This document shows, piece after piece, positions 41,969-57,091 of a DNA stretch of 64,000 nucleotides; position 1 is the stretch's first letter, and each line of letters opens with the position of its first letter. The stretch covers positions 11,098,001 to 11,162,000 of the forward strand of contig CM022679.1 of NCBI GenBank assembly GCA_012295275.1, read 5' to 3'. The DNA comes from Chrysomallon squamiferum. Its lineage: Eukaryota > Animalia > Mollusca. The notes beneath the pieces are model-generated. The model did not search any database. It saw only the letters and a list, made by a program, of their open reading frames with translations, and was not told the DNA's origin. A program made the translations under genes and the position numbers.

Positions 41969-42933
41969 ATGAATATGTGTTTTAGGTGTGTTTTCTTATT
42001 TTTTAGGTATATGTGAAAAAATATATATATATATAATATACAAAATAAAAACAGTCCATTACACCATTCCCAAAGAATTAAATACCAACTGAACGATATA
42101 TGTCGAATTCACAAATGTACAAAAATAAATATATAATCATAATAATAATAATAATAATAATACATTAATTAATATTTTATCCTCTTCTTCTTCTTCTTCT
42201 TCTTATTATTATTATTATTATTATTATGTTTTTCTTATTATTATTTTTTTAAATGTTTGAGAACTTCATAAAGAAACGTCTCAAATGACAAACACATCCC
42301 CGTAATAATTATGTGCCACATTCTAAAAACTTGGACCTTTTCCATGTTCACCAATTCACAGCCTCGCATCCGAGCTTTCCGTCGACTCGGCGGCTATCTA
42401 CGACCATTCCGCCGAACCGTGCCGATAGTGCCACGTATTCGTTTCTCGTTTATTTATTTAATTGTTAACAACGAACGATAGCAGTCGCGCTGTCTGCGGT
42501 CAGGTTCGGGTTTCACCGGCACCGTTCGCGAGAAACGTGCCGATCGACTGGCGATCTGTCTGCAATCGAGACATGGAAAAACAAAAATTAATAAAATGAA
42601 GCGTGTAATTCTTTTAAGAGCCGCTCTGCTATTTTGTTTTCTGGGGCATGCGATTTTATAGCGATTAAATGAGAGAAATTAGATTTCCATTTGACACCTA
42701 ACAAAACGGACTTTGTGCGTCCAAACGGTGATAAGGCATTAGCGGTCAATATAATTGATACTTCTTTCCGAAATCTTATATTTTGTAGGCCATTATTAGG
42801 GTGGACATGGTCATCTTTAAAAAAAAAAAAAAAGGTTTTCCATCACCCCTCCCCCGCCCGCCCAGTTTTCGGTTACAGAAGGGTCAGTTTATTTTCTCGG
42901 TCAACATATTTCCAGAAATGTCCTCATACGTCA

Positions 42934-43660
42934 TAGTAGTGGCAGCAGGAATAGTAGATGTGATATAGAAGTAATAGTAGTTGTAGTAGTAGTAGTAGTA
43001 GATGTGATAGACGTAATAATAGTAGTAGTAGTAGTAGTAGATGTGATAGAAGTAATAGTAGTAGTAGTAGTAGTAGTAGATGTGATAGAAGTAATAGTAG
43101 TAGTAGTAGTAGATGTGATAGAAGTAATAGTAGTAGTAGTAGTAGTAGTAGTAGATGTGATGAGTAGTGATAGTAGTAGTAGTAGTAGTAGTAGATAGTA
43201 GTAGAGAGCAGTAGATGTGATAGAAGTAATAGTAGTAGTAGTAGTAGACGTGATAGAAGTAGTAGTAGTAGTAGATGTGATAGAAGTAATAGTAGTAGTA
43301 GTAGATGTGATAGAAGTATAGTATTAGTAGTAGTAGTAGATGTGACAGAAGTAATAGTAGTAGTAGTAATAGCAGCAGTAGTAGTAGATGTGTTAGAAGT
43401 AATAGTAGAAGTAGTAGTAGTAGTAGTAGTAGTGGTTGTGATAGAAGTAATAGTAGTAATAGTAGTAGTAGTAGATGTGATAGATGTAATAGTAATGGTA
43501 GTAGTGGGAGTAGGAGGTAGTAGTAGTAGTAGTAGCAGTAAGGTAGTAGTAGTAGTAATAGCAGCATCAATAGTAGTAGTAGTAGTAGATGTTAGAAGTA
43601 ATAGTAGTAAGTAATAGCAGCAGTAATAGTAGATGTGATAGAAGTAATAGTAATGGTAGT
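42934..43660. repeat. Compound minisatellite: GATGTGATAGAAGTAATA core alternating with variable (GTA)n, ~16 units
   Basis: Core or close variant seen at ~42957, 43001, 43040, 43079, 43112, 43154, 43214, 43247, 43274, 43304, 43339, 43387, 43435, 43474, 43588 and 43632. Confidence 0.9.
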
Positions 43661-43689
43661 AGTAGTAGTAGAAGAAGAAGAAGAAGCAG

Positions 43690-43749
<60 letters not shown>

Positions 43750-43750
43750 A

Positions 43751-43824
<74 letters not shown>

Positions 43825-43830
43825 ATAGTA
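43690..43830. repeat. (AGT)n microsatellite
   Basis: Directly visible, adjacent to the compound array. Confidence 0.95.
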
Positions 43831-43940
43831 GTGTTGATATTATTATGTTTTTTGTGTATGTTATAGTGCTGAAAAGGATGCTACTGTTTTTTCCATTATT
43901 CACTGTTATACTCATTATTACTTATTTATTATTTCTGTTG

Positions 43941-43971
<31 letters not shown>

Positions 43972-45091
43972 TGCTATTTTCATTATTATTATTACTAAAT
44001 TCGGTCACCATTATAACTGAAAATATTTTTGATACATTATCCGAAAGTGGTCATGAGAAAATAACTTAAACTTGTGGCTTTCCCATGCTCGGAAAAACTG
44101 TGCTGTCCGACATTTAGTTTTTATTATTTTCTTACTTTTCTTATTTCTTTCTCTTCTTCTTTTTCGTTTTTCCCATTTAAATACTTATTGGTTTCGTATT
44201 ATTATTATTATTTTGTTTGTTTGTTTTATACATATTTTTTTAATTATGAACATACTATACGTATTCTATATCTGATTAAAGCTGTAACATTTTGTTATTT
44301 GATTTAATACATTTTTATTTCATTAGACGGGTATTTAACATCTCAGAACATGAACTGGTTAAAATTTGAAATATAAGATTTAATTATTAATAATATCCAT
44401 AAAAACAAAGAGCTCATTTGTAATCAAACCTGGAAACACCAAACAGTAATTCAATTTCCTGCTTTCTTATGGATCTAGAATGTAAACTGGAAGCGAAATC
44501 TGGAGAATTATTTCCTTTATTACGTTTCAAAAGTAATACGAAGAATTTTAACGTCTGTCTTTAATCTGCAGGTCACAGAGTACACCAGGGAAATGGTTGA
44601 AATGACTGTTGCGTAAATGTCTGGTAGTTGTAGTTGCATTTGTAAATCAAACGGGGAAGTATAGCGGTTAAATGAATAATACGCGAGCCCGGATCTCTTA
44701 TCATTAAGCCACAACACACGAAATAACTGGCACGTCGCTATTAAAAGATGACGATGTGTACAAGATCAGTGCTCTGTCCTCTGTTCTAAAAGAAAGTTTA
44801 TTTTTTCAGTTGTAAAAATCAAAAGTGGGACGCATATTATAAGGGCATCTTTGATTAAATTCTTATATGTTTTGGGTTTTGGGGTTTTTTTTCGATTAAT
44901 GTATTTTATTCATTTTGATTAATAGATATTAATGAAATTAATAATAAGAAATTATTCATAATAATAATAACAACAACACTAATAATAATTTTAATTTTAA
45001 TTTTCATTATAATAATTATAATATCAACTAAAACAACAACAATAGTACTACTACAACTACTACTGCTACTAATAATAAAAATAACTACTAC

Positions 45092-45135
<44 letters not shown>

Positions 45136-45513
45136 GTAATAATAATAATAATAATAAGAGAAAAATACAACAGCAATGATATTAACATAATATTCATTCT
45201 GGAAAGGCTTTTATCTGCAGGACAACAAAGTATGAGTCTGTCCAGAAATGAAATGATTAGATCATTAATTAAACTGATCACAGTGGGAACTGGTACCACG
45301 ACACGACATCGGAATTACCAATCTTCAGCCGATGATTCAGTCAAGCTGCGTTTAAATAAATAAAACCATATGAAAGCATATCTTTAAATACTAAATTCTG
45401 AGTTGTCTGCGTTGACTGTACACTTTATTTTAAAACTCGATGACATGGAAACACACGGCACCACAACTGGTGCCGTAAAGTCGCAACAAATGCTATTTAA
45501 ATTTCGTTTAATT

Positions 45514-45551
<38 letters not shown>

Positions 45552-45723
45552 AGAAAAACCACTTGAAACTATATTCACTATTATTTTCTAAATAAAAACT
45601 ATCCCTCCCACCCCCGACTTCCCCGCCACTTCCCATATCTTCTCTTTGGACTTGGCGTCAACGGAGACTAAATATCTTTTCTCGGAGAAAAAAAAATTTT
45701 TTTTTTTTAAAAAAAAAAAAACA

Positions 45724-45765
<42 letters not shown>

Positions 45766-46575
45766 ATTACGCTTAACACGTTCGAGAGAGAGACAGAGAG
45801 AGAGGGGAAAAAAAATGCTGCTTGACGTAAACAAAAAAAAAAAGCAAAAAAAAACAACAACTATCAATTGCCGACACATTAACAATTTACCACACCTTGG
45901 TACAGACACTTGTTGAGATAGTTATCAGGAGGGAAATAATATAATTACTCTTGAAATCAAAGAAAGCTCTTAGTTTTCGCGAAAAGCCCAACTGCTGGAG
46001 TCGCCTTGTATTGTAAATACGTACGAACGAGCGTAGTCGTATCGGTAGACTTGGCTCGTAATTCTTCTTATCTTTAAAACAACATGACAAACTTGACACA
46101 CTATCTGATTGCTGTCGCAGTCGTCCATGTTTTCCATTATCGTAATGTAGTCGTATAAGAGCCGTGCTACAGAGTGAGATGGGGAGGCAGGCGAGGAACA
46201 AGAAGTGAAGGGGTAAAAAAAGAAAAAGAAAAAAAAACCAAACAGTTTGTATAAAAAAAAAAATTAAAAAAAGAAGAAAGTAGGACCACAGGAACAACAA
46301 GGGATTGGTTTCAGAAGAGATCATTTTGGTTCTGCACTTAAATCAAAGACTGCCTTCTCTTAAAAGTGCAGTTCTGCAAAAACACTGGACGGGTTTACCA
46401 CTTGGAATATAAACGTCGTTGTAGATGTTTCAACTAAAATGTTAACATATAAAAATAATAGTTAAAAACCTACAAATAAACATACACAAAACAAACCCAG
46501 ACCGATCCGTCCATAAACATGCGAACACTGACATAATTTATATACAGAGAATGTCAGACAGTCAGAGATAGAGAT

Positions 46576-46703
<128 letters not shown>

Positions 46704-47979
46704 GCATTAAAGAAATACAGAAATACATGTTCATACATACTTTAATACAATTTATGTATACTTTTATTTTCTTTTTCTAAGTGGTTTCTTAATTATTTTG
46801 GGCGTTTCCTCAATGCCGCTGTTTAGTCTGTGGACGAACTGCGAGATTTTTGCCACCAGATGGCGTCTTCGTCATGGCAGCGTGGTAATGACAGTGGCAG
46901 ATATGGGATATCTTTAATCAAAGATGGCCTAATAATGTGTGCTTGTGACAAGACGCCTCTGTTTGAAAAATGTGTTTTTATAAATCATTTTATTTGTACG
47001 TCTGAAAAGACTTCTTTTAATGCTGATACGGGGAATCAACGATGCCTTTAATAGCGAAGAACAACACCATTTCACTGCATCTTGATTCTGAATATCTCAC
47101 AGCAACGCGTACACCTCTCCGAAACAAGGGTTGAGGATCGTTTCTTTAGTTCTGATATGATGGACTGAAAGGGTTTTCGCTTTCCAGTTCAAAAATTCTT
47201 TTTTTTTTTTTTTTTTTGCGAAAGTCCATAGAATGAAAAATCCAATAAAATAAAAGAATTTTAAAGAATTTTTGCAGTGAATTGATAGAAACGTTTTTGA
47301 TGTTGATAGTAAATTTGCTATTAAATTTTTTGTTGCTACATAAATTACAGATTTAAGATATGTTTTCAGTAATTATCCTTATAGCCTGTCACTGAAGTAA
47401 AAAAAAAAAAAGAAAGAAAGAAAGAAAAACACAAAACAAATTCGGTGTCTGGCTCACAAGATTCATTATCAAGTCAAATGGATATAAAATGATTGCGTAA
47501 GAATGGCAACATAATTACGAGAGAGAGAAGAACAGGATATTGTGTTTGAACGATCGTCAAAGATTCAAATAACAATTAGAAAAGTAATCAGAAAAATAAA
47601 ACAATAAAAAAAGAAACAACCAATCGAAGCAAGAAACACGCAAAAACATCCTTCACTCACTCCTTCGAACGTCCATCGTTCATTCATTTCACTCACTCAA
47701 GACGGACACGGTATATTAGCGATTACAGAAACGATGGAGGTAATAAAACAACACACTGATTTATTGCGGTGTTAATATTCTTTTATTTCTTTACATACTT
47801 GATTTACGCGGACACAGCTCATCCGAGACCAGTCGTCTCTTAATTAAATTTAACGGGTCACATGTCATGCGCACAGAGACATTAGCTGTGACAACCGTTA
47901 CGTTTTCACCAACATCCCCAGGCGCGTTCTGCTCGTGTCACGTGCAATTCGCACGTCACACTGAGAAATGTATTACCTG

Positions 47980-48430
47980 TTGTTAATATGCAGGCGAAAC
48001 AGATCTGTTGTAATAACGTTAAAATGGGAAACAGATTGTTTTACTAATGTTAATATGCATGTGAAATAAATTGTTATATAGAAAAGTTAATACGTCAAAC
48101 AGATTGTTCTAATAATGTTAGCTATGTGAGGCAGATTGTTACAATGTTAGGTTACATGTTGCTATGATAATATTAAATTAATACATGTGAAATAGATGGT
48201 TATAACATTAATGTTAATGTGCGCGTGAAATACATTATTATAATAATGTTAATGTGTGTGTTGAAATAAATTATTATCTATATGTGAAACAGATTCATGT
48301 AATAATATTAATATAGATGTTATATAAATTTATGTAATAATCTTAATTTAGACTTAGAATAGATTGTTATAATAATATTAATATGCATGTAAAACAGAAG
48401 ATGATTATAAGAATGTTAACAGATTCTGTT
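47980..48430. repeat. Degenerate ~35-bp tandem minisatellite, ~12 copies
   Basis: Approximate consensus GTTAATATGCATGTGAAACAGATTGTTATAATAAT recurs throughout. Confidence 0.75.
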
Positions 48431-48470
48431 AGTCAGTTTAATACCAGAATAAATAAAATAATAATAATAA

Positions 48471-48515
<45 letters not shown>

Positions 48516-51500
48516 TTTTCGGAAACAGTTTACAGAAAAACAAATATATAATTTTGGGGTTGTTTTCTATTATTATTATTATTATTTTGTTTTATGAGTT
48601 ATAACGGAAAACAATAATAAAATAATATTTAAAGTAGATTGAAAATAACTGAAACAAATTTCGATTTAAAAACCTACCAAACAAACGAAACAGGAAAGAT
48701 AAAATAAATAAATAAATAATATGAAAAAGATAATTTAAAAAGTAGTAATAAAGAAATAAAATAATTCTTTTTTTCTTTTTCATCACATAATATCATAAAT
48801 AAAACCAGTTTTCCATTATTCATAATTTATTGCCACTGTTATTGTTATTGTACTATTTCCAGAATTTTACCATTAAATATACAAAAATATACGTGCGTTA
48901 TAATTTAATTTCTCTTCCACTATTTTCATTTAACCATTTCAACATCACCAACGCTATTCTAAATTTTCGAAGTTAGTATCGAGTGCTAGCTAATAAAAAT
49001 TTCGTTTCATCTCGAAATTTGTAATCAGTTTTATAGATTATTCTTTTAGCGTTTCGCCGCTTTTGATGTCGAGTGGACACCCGCGCCAGACGCAAGAGTC
49101 GAGATTAGCCGAGTCCATCATTCGGCTTTTTCCGTCATTAACTGTCACAGACACTACACGACTACAAAGGGCAGAGGTCAAACAGTGTTGGCATCAGTTT
49201 AGACTGGTATGATTTAGAGGCGTAACTAATCAGGAGTTAGATCACTGCTGGAAGTAAATGACATGTCTGGGTTTACTTGTCACTTTATATCTACAATTAC
49301 TGCTACAATTTAATTATTCACAGATACCAGCGAGGTGTGTGTAAGTCAAAACAGAAATATTAAAACTCTATCAGTCATTTCTTCATTGTACAGTATTTAA
49401 TGCGTAGCTGAAAATAATATTTAATTATTATCAGTGTGTGCTTGCGATTATGTGTTTGTATGTGCAGAAATGGAGATAATGTGTGATACAGATAGATATA
49501 TCCTCATTTCAGTCGATAAAACACAAAAAGAAAAAATGAAAGAAAAAAAAATGAAAGGACAAACAAAACACAACAAAAACTATCATCGACTTCTAACGCC
49601 TACATTAGGCTTTTTCTGAATTTTTGTTTGTAGCTTCTTTTTTTCTGTTGTTGTTGTTTTATTTATTATTATTATTTCTGAAACTAATAAATAACAGTTA
49701 AATAATTCTTAAAATATATTTCTTTCATTGTTTAAACATCAATAGAAAAACTCTATTAAATGAATTACTTTTGAAAAGTTTTATTCGCAGTTGTTTGTTT
49801 GAATATTAGATTTTTTGTTAATACTTATAGTTATATCTCAGTAATTAGTCTAGGATAAATATATGTATGCATATACTAATGAATGTATGCATGAGTGCAT
49901 GTATGTATGTATGTATAAAGATATGTAGGTAGATAAAAGGGAATGTACTATCAACGTAAATACATATGTATGTGTTTTTTTTCTTTGTAATGCACATTCG
50001 CACACACAGATACCCACACGCAACACATACAATTGTAAATATAATGGCATAATTAATAGACAAACACCTGTTATTTTGGTTGCTGAAACATAATAAGTAT
50101 GTCATCTTAATACGCTGCTTGTAGGTAAACGCGCTGTCAAGGGTGATACGAGTTGTTAGTTTTGTAGATAGTAAGAAATATCTCTGGTGATTAGCGCTTT
50201 TATTTGTCGAGTGCCCCCTTGTGTTGATAAAGCAACGTATAGGTGAGTGATGGCTTTTAAAACCCTACCGGTTCCTCTTATCTGCGAGTTATCTCCCATG
50301 TCAGTGGGGCGCCATTTAACGCTCGTATTTAACGGTGACGTCAGACGGTAATGCACGCTTGCCGAATGACGAGGAGCACAAAACGAGGGGTAATTACTGC
50401 ATTATCTGTCGTATATGCCTACAAGGTGTGGACAAATGAATGGAGTGACAATAGTGGCACTCTGTGACGTCATCATGACAGCGATCGCCGCTCCGTCTAT
50501 TCCCGATGCACCCTGCTAAGAAAGTGTTCGTCGGCGTGCACAGATTGTATGACATTTTATGACGTTATAGTTTCTTCTATCTCTGTGCGTCGACAGCTCA
50601 TGTTCTACCTATCGTGTCAGCGGAGTTCTTGCAAATTAGCATGCGCGATTTCAGCAGCGAGAAAGCAGAGCACGCCACAAATTAGATATTTCGTCCGACA
50701 GCGATTTTTATCTTCTTTATTTATTTCATATTTTTTATTTTCATTTTATCTTTCCCTGTAGACTGAAATCTATTTCATCTCGAAATTTAAATCTACAGTA
50801 ATGACACAGTCGTTTCCAAAAATGTGTAAACTGCTCGGAAAAGGACTATGCAGATCATCACTTTTTTTTCTTTCTTAAATGTATAGTTATGTTCTTTCTT
50901 TTGAATGGGTTAAATATAAGAATAAAGTTTTAGAATTTTTATTTTTCCCCACTATTGCTCTTGATTTTTCCATTATTCAAGCTATAATCTTCTGACCATA
51001 AATACGTGTCAAACCACATTTCTGATACACGTTCAGAAACTGTGGGTTGAAAACATGGAGAAGAATGACTCGGTCGTTCTGTCGTTCGGTATACCGACAT
51101 TTTTTCTACATTTCTGCATGTCTCACGAAACACTGACGTCTTTGTGGAGGAGCGTGCGTGGATGCTGATGTACATCTTCAGTGAAAAAAGGAAGGAAAAG
51201 AAACAATCCCCAGACTTCCCCATTCATAAATAGTGTCACTCGTGAGAAACGAAAAGGAGGCTCAATGGCTTACTTCCTGTCGCGTATCATTGCTATTCTT
51301 GGTGCGGGGGTTGCTCGACTGAAGATTTCAGACTTCTTAAAATTGTTGTGGGAAATATTACACTGTTGTATTGTTTGTATACACATGTATTTACTATACT
51401 TTGTTCGAGTTTGCTTCAATGTACAATTTCATGTCAATAATGGTCATTGTCATCATCGTAAAACCATCAATAGTATCATTATTATCACTATGTTTTTCGA

Positions 51501-52800
51501 CGTTATCATTAAAATCTTTTCACATTCCACCATTCCATAAGAACAATAATATTTACTACCGTTAGCAATGTGGTTAACAGTTACGTAAGGTATTATATAG
51601 CAAACATCATCACCTTCATCAGCATCAACAGTACAAAGTTATTGTCAAAAGCAAAGTAATATAGTAAAATTTTGTCAGCTCTGTGTTGATTATATTGATT
51701 TCGTTTTACCTTTATTTGGTTGCTGTTGTTGCTGATATTAATGTTGTTGTTGATATCATTCCTGTTCCGGTTCTGTATTATAATCACCATTATCATTGCT
51801 ATTATAAACATTATTTTTATGGATGTCCTTGTTGTTTTTATTGTTGATTTTATTATCATTTATTTTTTCTTGTTTTAACACTTTTTAAGGATATTTTTTT
51901 CTCTGTCTTTAAAGGATCAGTACAAAACAAACAAAAGTTCTGAAAAGAACGAAGTAATGAAAAAATAAAAAATAAAAATAAAAGAAAGAGAAAAAAAGAC
52001 AAGAAATAAAAAATGGAAAATAGATGAAAAGGAAAGTAGTAAATTAAAATACTTAAATTTTGAAGAAAATAAAAAGCATTGAAAGAATAAAAAAAAAATG
52101 GTAATAAATAAAAGTAAAAAGTAAAAATTCACAGAAGTAAAAATAAAGAGGAAAAAAAAAAAAAAGCAAAGACAATGAAAGAACAAAAGAAAGATAAATG
52201 TGAAAATAGAAGAAAGGAAGGGACAATGGACTAGAAAAATTAAACAAAAAGGACCCCAAAAATTAAAATTAAAAAAAAAAATTAAATATAAATAATTTAT
52301 AAAAGATATGAGGTAAAATGAAGAAAGTATAAAAAAAAAAATTAATAATAAATAAACAACAACAACAACAAAAAACCCCATGGAATAAAAGATAAGAAAA
52401 AAATAAAAAATAAAATAAAAGGGACTGAAAAGCAAAACTGAAAAAACAATAAGAAAAAACCCGAAGTTTTATGTTTACCGTTGCATCGCAGAACAAATTT
52501 AAACCCATCTACCACGGCAGCACTCGCCAGTGTCGATGTTGTGTCGTCGCTGTGACCCACGCGACAACAAATAAAGTTTACTTGGATGGGTTTTCACGTG
52601 TCGCTATCGAAGCCCTTCGCGACCATCTCAAATATTGGCTCGTCCCTTACTGACCCTCGCGATGCCACGCTGAATCGACGAAACACTCGCACAGACTCGT
52701 GTGTAATGTCTGTCATTCAGCCTTGTGTGTACACTCGTAATTTATAGAATTTCTCTGTGTGTGTATGAAATTATCCAGCCTCTAGTTTTATTGGACCCCC

Positions 52801-52822
52801 CTCTCTCTCTCTCTCATTCTTT

Positions 52823-52900
<78 letters not shown>

Positions 52901-52945
52901 CTTTCTCATTCTCTCTCTCACCCTGTTTCTCTCTCTCTCTCTCTC
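52801..52945. repeat. Interrupted (CT)n microsatellite
   Basis: Directly visible. Confidence 0.95.
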
Positions 52946-54014
52946 CCTCCCTTTATCTATATCTCACTCTCTATCTTAGGTATGTTTTAGTGTTTTTGTT
53001 TTATTTTGCTGTTATTTCTTTTATGAGTGTGGTTTTTTGGGGGGGTTACACCTTTATATTTCCATTTTATTATTTTGTTTCATTTCTTTCTTCCTTCCTT
53101 CTATCTCCATTTCCTCTTTTCGTTACTATTTTTCTATTATTATTACTATCATTATCATAATCATCGTAATTATGATTATCAATTTGTAATTTTAATATTA
53201 TGAAAAAAATAATTAATTAATTTATTCAACTACTCAGTCCATTTATTCTTCTGCTCGCTTGTTCGTTCTTTTATAGTATATATATAAATATATATCCATT
53301 TCGAGTTTTGTGCAATATTTATACATATTTTTGTACCTATTTCATATGCATTCAATCTTGATTTTGACCAATCATTTATCTGTAGAACACACAAAACTGT
53401 AATATATCATAAACCAGATTCAGATTTGTTTTAGAATAATCATAAAAAAAAAAAAAAAATAAAATTACATAAATTAATCTCGTTTTTTTCTTCTTTTTCT
53501 TGGCATTCGTTATGAGACACGTTATTTTTATGTATTAGATTTATCGAGATATTTCATAGTATTTTTAGTTCAGTCCTCTCTCTCTCTCGAGATATATCCC
53601 TTCCGCTCCCTCTTATATATATTTATATATATATATCAGTTTCATATTTAATATCTATATTACACACTCTTGTCCATTTGTATCTACATGCACATCTACC
53701 ATGTGCATGTAAAATAAATTACCGCTTCAGAGTACTTCAAAACTAATGCAGTATCTCAAAGAACTCATCTGAAGTAGATCACCAAATCAAACGTTTCTCC
53801 AAACAAGACTCTATTTCATTATTCTTAATTTAAAAGACACAACCCGCAGTTTTTTTAATTTAGTTTTATTGGGATGGCGCATTGAGTCCGAAAGCCACGA
53901 CATTAAGCGCACTAAAACATGATGGTTATCCTGTAAAACGACCCAGATGAACTGCCTAAATGTATGCAGTATTTAGCGGTTCGTTCTGTGGTTATATCTT
54001 CTACTTAGAAAGGG

Positions 54015-54045
<31 letters not shown>

Positions 54046-57000
54046 CTGACGTATCAATTAAAACTGCAGCATAAACAAACTCCACAAGTTTCAGTGTAAA
54101 GAAAAATTATTCGCTCGATGTGTTTTCCTCCCACACTTCGGCGGCGCCAAAGTCGCTATTCTGAGAAGAGTTTTCAGCTCCGAGGGTCGTTGTGTTTGCT
54201 GGATAAGCTCGCCCTCTGACCCCCGGGCCATTCCGCAAGCTTGGTGGCGCGGCAGGAGCAGCTATCGCATGCTATCAGTATAAACTGATGAAAGACTCGG
54301 CGACAAATGCAAAGAAAAAAATATAAAATTTAGATGAAACACGATTAAACCCGATTCCAGGGGTTGATAGTTAGCCTGGAAATGACACGTGGAAGATGGT
54401 CTGTGAAGTCAAAAAAAAAAAAATGTCTAAATTTTGTGAAGAAAAATTGGCTTTGTTATAATTTGTAATAGAGCTTATTTAATTACAAAACATCATATAA
54501 CTTATCTGTTAACACACACACACACACACACCACACACACACACACACAACTACATAGACATAATATTAGCATGTGTATACAAATGTATTTAAAAGTCAC
54601 TATTCAAACATATTCTCATGCCTGCATAAACACATTTACAGGAGCTATGATATACACATAAGGAAAAAAGCGAAATACACTCTTTATCACATTTTAAAAT
54701 CACACTTTCACACACACACACACATACAGAACAAGACAAATACATACAACTTTCCTAAATACTATTAAAACTGAATAATACATAATAAAATAAAATACTT
54801 TTTCTGAGCAAACATAATCATTTCATTATACTTGTTTTTTATACACGCAACTTTACTTACGAAGAAAAATGAGAAACAGAAAGAAAATTTTAATAAAAAT
54901 TTAATGTAAATTTTAGTTATTTTTTGCAGTAGGATGGAAAGGAAATTACTCCAGGTGACTTTTTGAGTAATTTTACCTCTCTTAGACCGTTTTATTCTCC
55001 TAAAACAGAAAAAAATCAAATCAAATATAAATAAAATATATATTGATATTTATTATTATTATTATTAATTATTATTTTTTTTTGTTCTTTATATATGTCT
55101 GTATTTTATATCCTTTTTACTTCTTCATCAAAGTGTTGAAATTATTAAATTTTTTTATCGATAAATGCTTTGCGTAAAGGACATTTCGAAACCAATTGTT
55201 TCTAATTTCTGCTTCTTCAAGTTTTAAAACATATTGTTGTTGCTGTTGTAGTTTTGTATTTATTTTTTGTTTTGTTTTTGTTTGTTTTTTTGTTTTGTGT
55301 TTTTTAGTGGGGGTTGTGACGTTTGTATCTTTGTGTGTACGTGTTTGTGTGATTATTTTGAATCTTTTGTTTCATCGTTTCTTTTCTTCTTTTCTTTCTT
55401 AATATTTTCTTTTCTGCTTTTTCTAATTCTGTGATTGTTTATAATTTTAACTACGATTTTTTTTTTTTTTTTTTCTGTAAAACAAACAAAACAAAAATTG
55501 TTTTAAAAAACGGATGATTACTTTGGAAATGTTCCATAAAAAAAAAAAAAAAAAAAAAAAATTAAAAAAAAAAAAAAATGTTGGTTTCAAAATGAATAAA
55601 CAAAATCTAAACTGGTACAAATTCTTCAACAGGAATTTCCTTTATACAAATAAAATACGGAATGAAAGAAAGAAAGAAACTAAGGATAGAAAGAATAGTC
55701 AAAGATATTCTATATAGCTGTTACTCAGGGAAATAGTTAAAACAAAACACCCCAAAACAACAATAATAACAACCAAAAATAATAACATTTAAAACAAAAT
55801 TACTTTTTGAAAAACTTACAAAATATAATTTCGTGCATTTGATTAAATACAATAAAATATGTAAATATTTAAATTAATTATACAACAACTATTTATTTAT
55901 CACCACTTTTATTATTAACGATTTGATAATTTATAAATAATAATAATTATGTATGTATTATTTGTTATTCGGATATTTCTAAAACTCTATTTTTTAGTAC
56001 CGTTAGAATAGAGAAGTAAAATTTTTATAATAAATATAATAATAATAATAATTTAACGAGCAATTTTTACCGCTATGAAAAAGTCCGTTTAATGTTAAAT
56101 TTGAATAGGTAGTTGTAAGACATAAAACATGTGGCACATTACAATATGAAAATATATAACTTTTAAGATGAAATAAAGTTCATTGTATATGAAAAATGAA
56201 ATAAAATAAAAATATCGTTCAGCACGAAAATACGAGAAAAAGTAATGTTTTTCGTGCAGTTACAAAATCATGTGGATTTTTTGCACATCGCAAATTTCCT
56301 TCACTTATTTGTAAATTAATTTAACTATTTATTTATTTATGTACTGCATTTTTTGGTCTTTGTGTAAAGGGTTCACAATCTAGAATGCATCCCATAATGT
56401 TTGAAAATTACACACCTCATTCCTTTTTTCAAAATGTCAAAACTGTAAGGCGTTCAACATCGCAAGTTATTTTGATTTACTACTTTGATTTAAAAAAAAT
56501 AAATAAAAAAAAAAAAAAAGGAGGAGAAGAAGAAAATATTTTAAAGAAAAAATAAAGAAATAAAGAAAACAGAAAAGAAAAAGTAACCTGATAATTAATT
56601 TTTATTCTGTAAACTTGAGGCCGGAGGTAAAACGGATTTCTGGACAAATTTTTAATAGATACATATTAATATATTCCTAAATGTTGGTGATTTTCTTGAA
56701 GCTGGCTATATGATCTAGTATCTGTAGTGAGTTCAACTATTATGCTTACTTTGTAGCCCAATGGTTTGTTGTTGTTGTTGTTGTTGTTGTTGTTCATGTT
56801 GTTTTCTTTCTTCTTCTTCTTTTTTTTTCTCTTCATTTTTACGAACCATTCGTACGAAGGGAAATAACCCAGTTAATTTGTGGAATATACTAATAACAAA
56901 ATAAATAATCCAAATAAACTCAGAAAGTAAACAATACGTGCATAAATTTTTGTTTTGTTTTGTTTTGTTTTTCCTACATTCATTAATGACTAGTTTCCTC

Positions 57001-57051
57001 TCAGCATAATACAAAAATATATATTTGTCACGTTATAATTATTAATAAAAC

Positions 57052-57091
<40 letters not shown>

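Noticed and set aside
42934-43660. CRISPR-like repeat/spacer alternation and a 228-aa ORF
   Set aside because: Spacers are only (GTA)n of varying length, not unique sequences; no cas genes; eukaryotic context.
54285-54320. Hammerhead ribozyme core CTGATGA (also at ~20584)
   Set aside because: No stem II leading to GAAA and no flanking stems.
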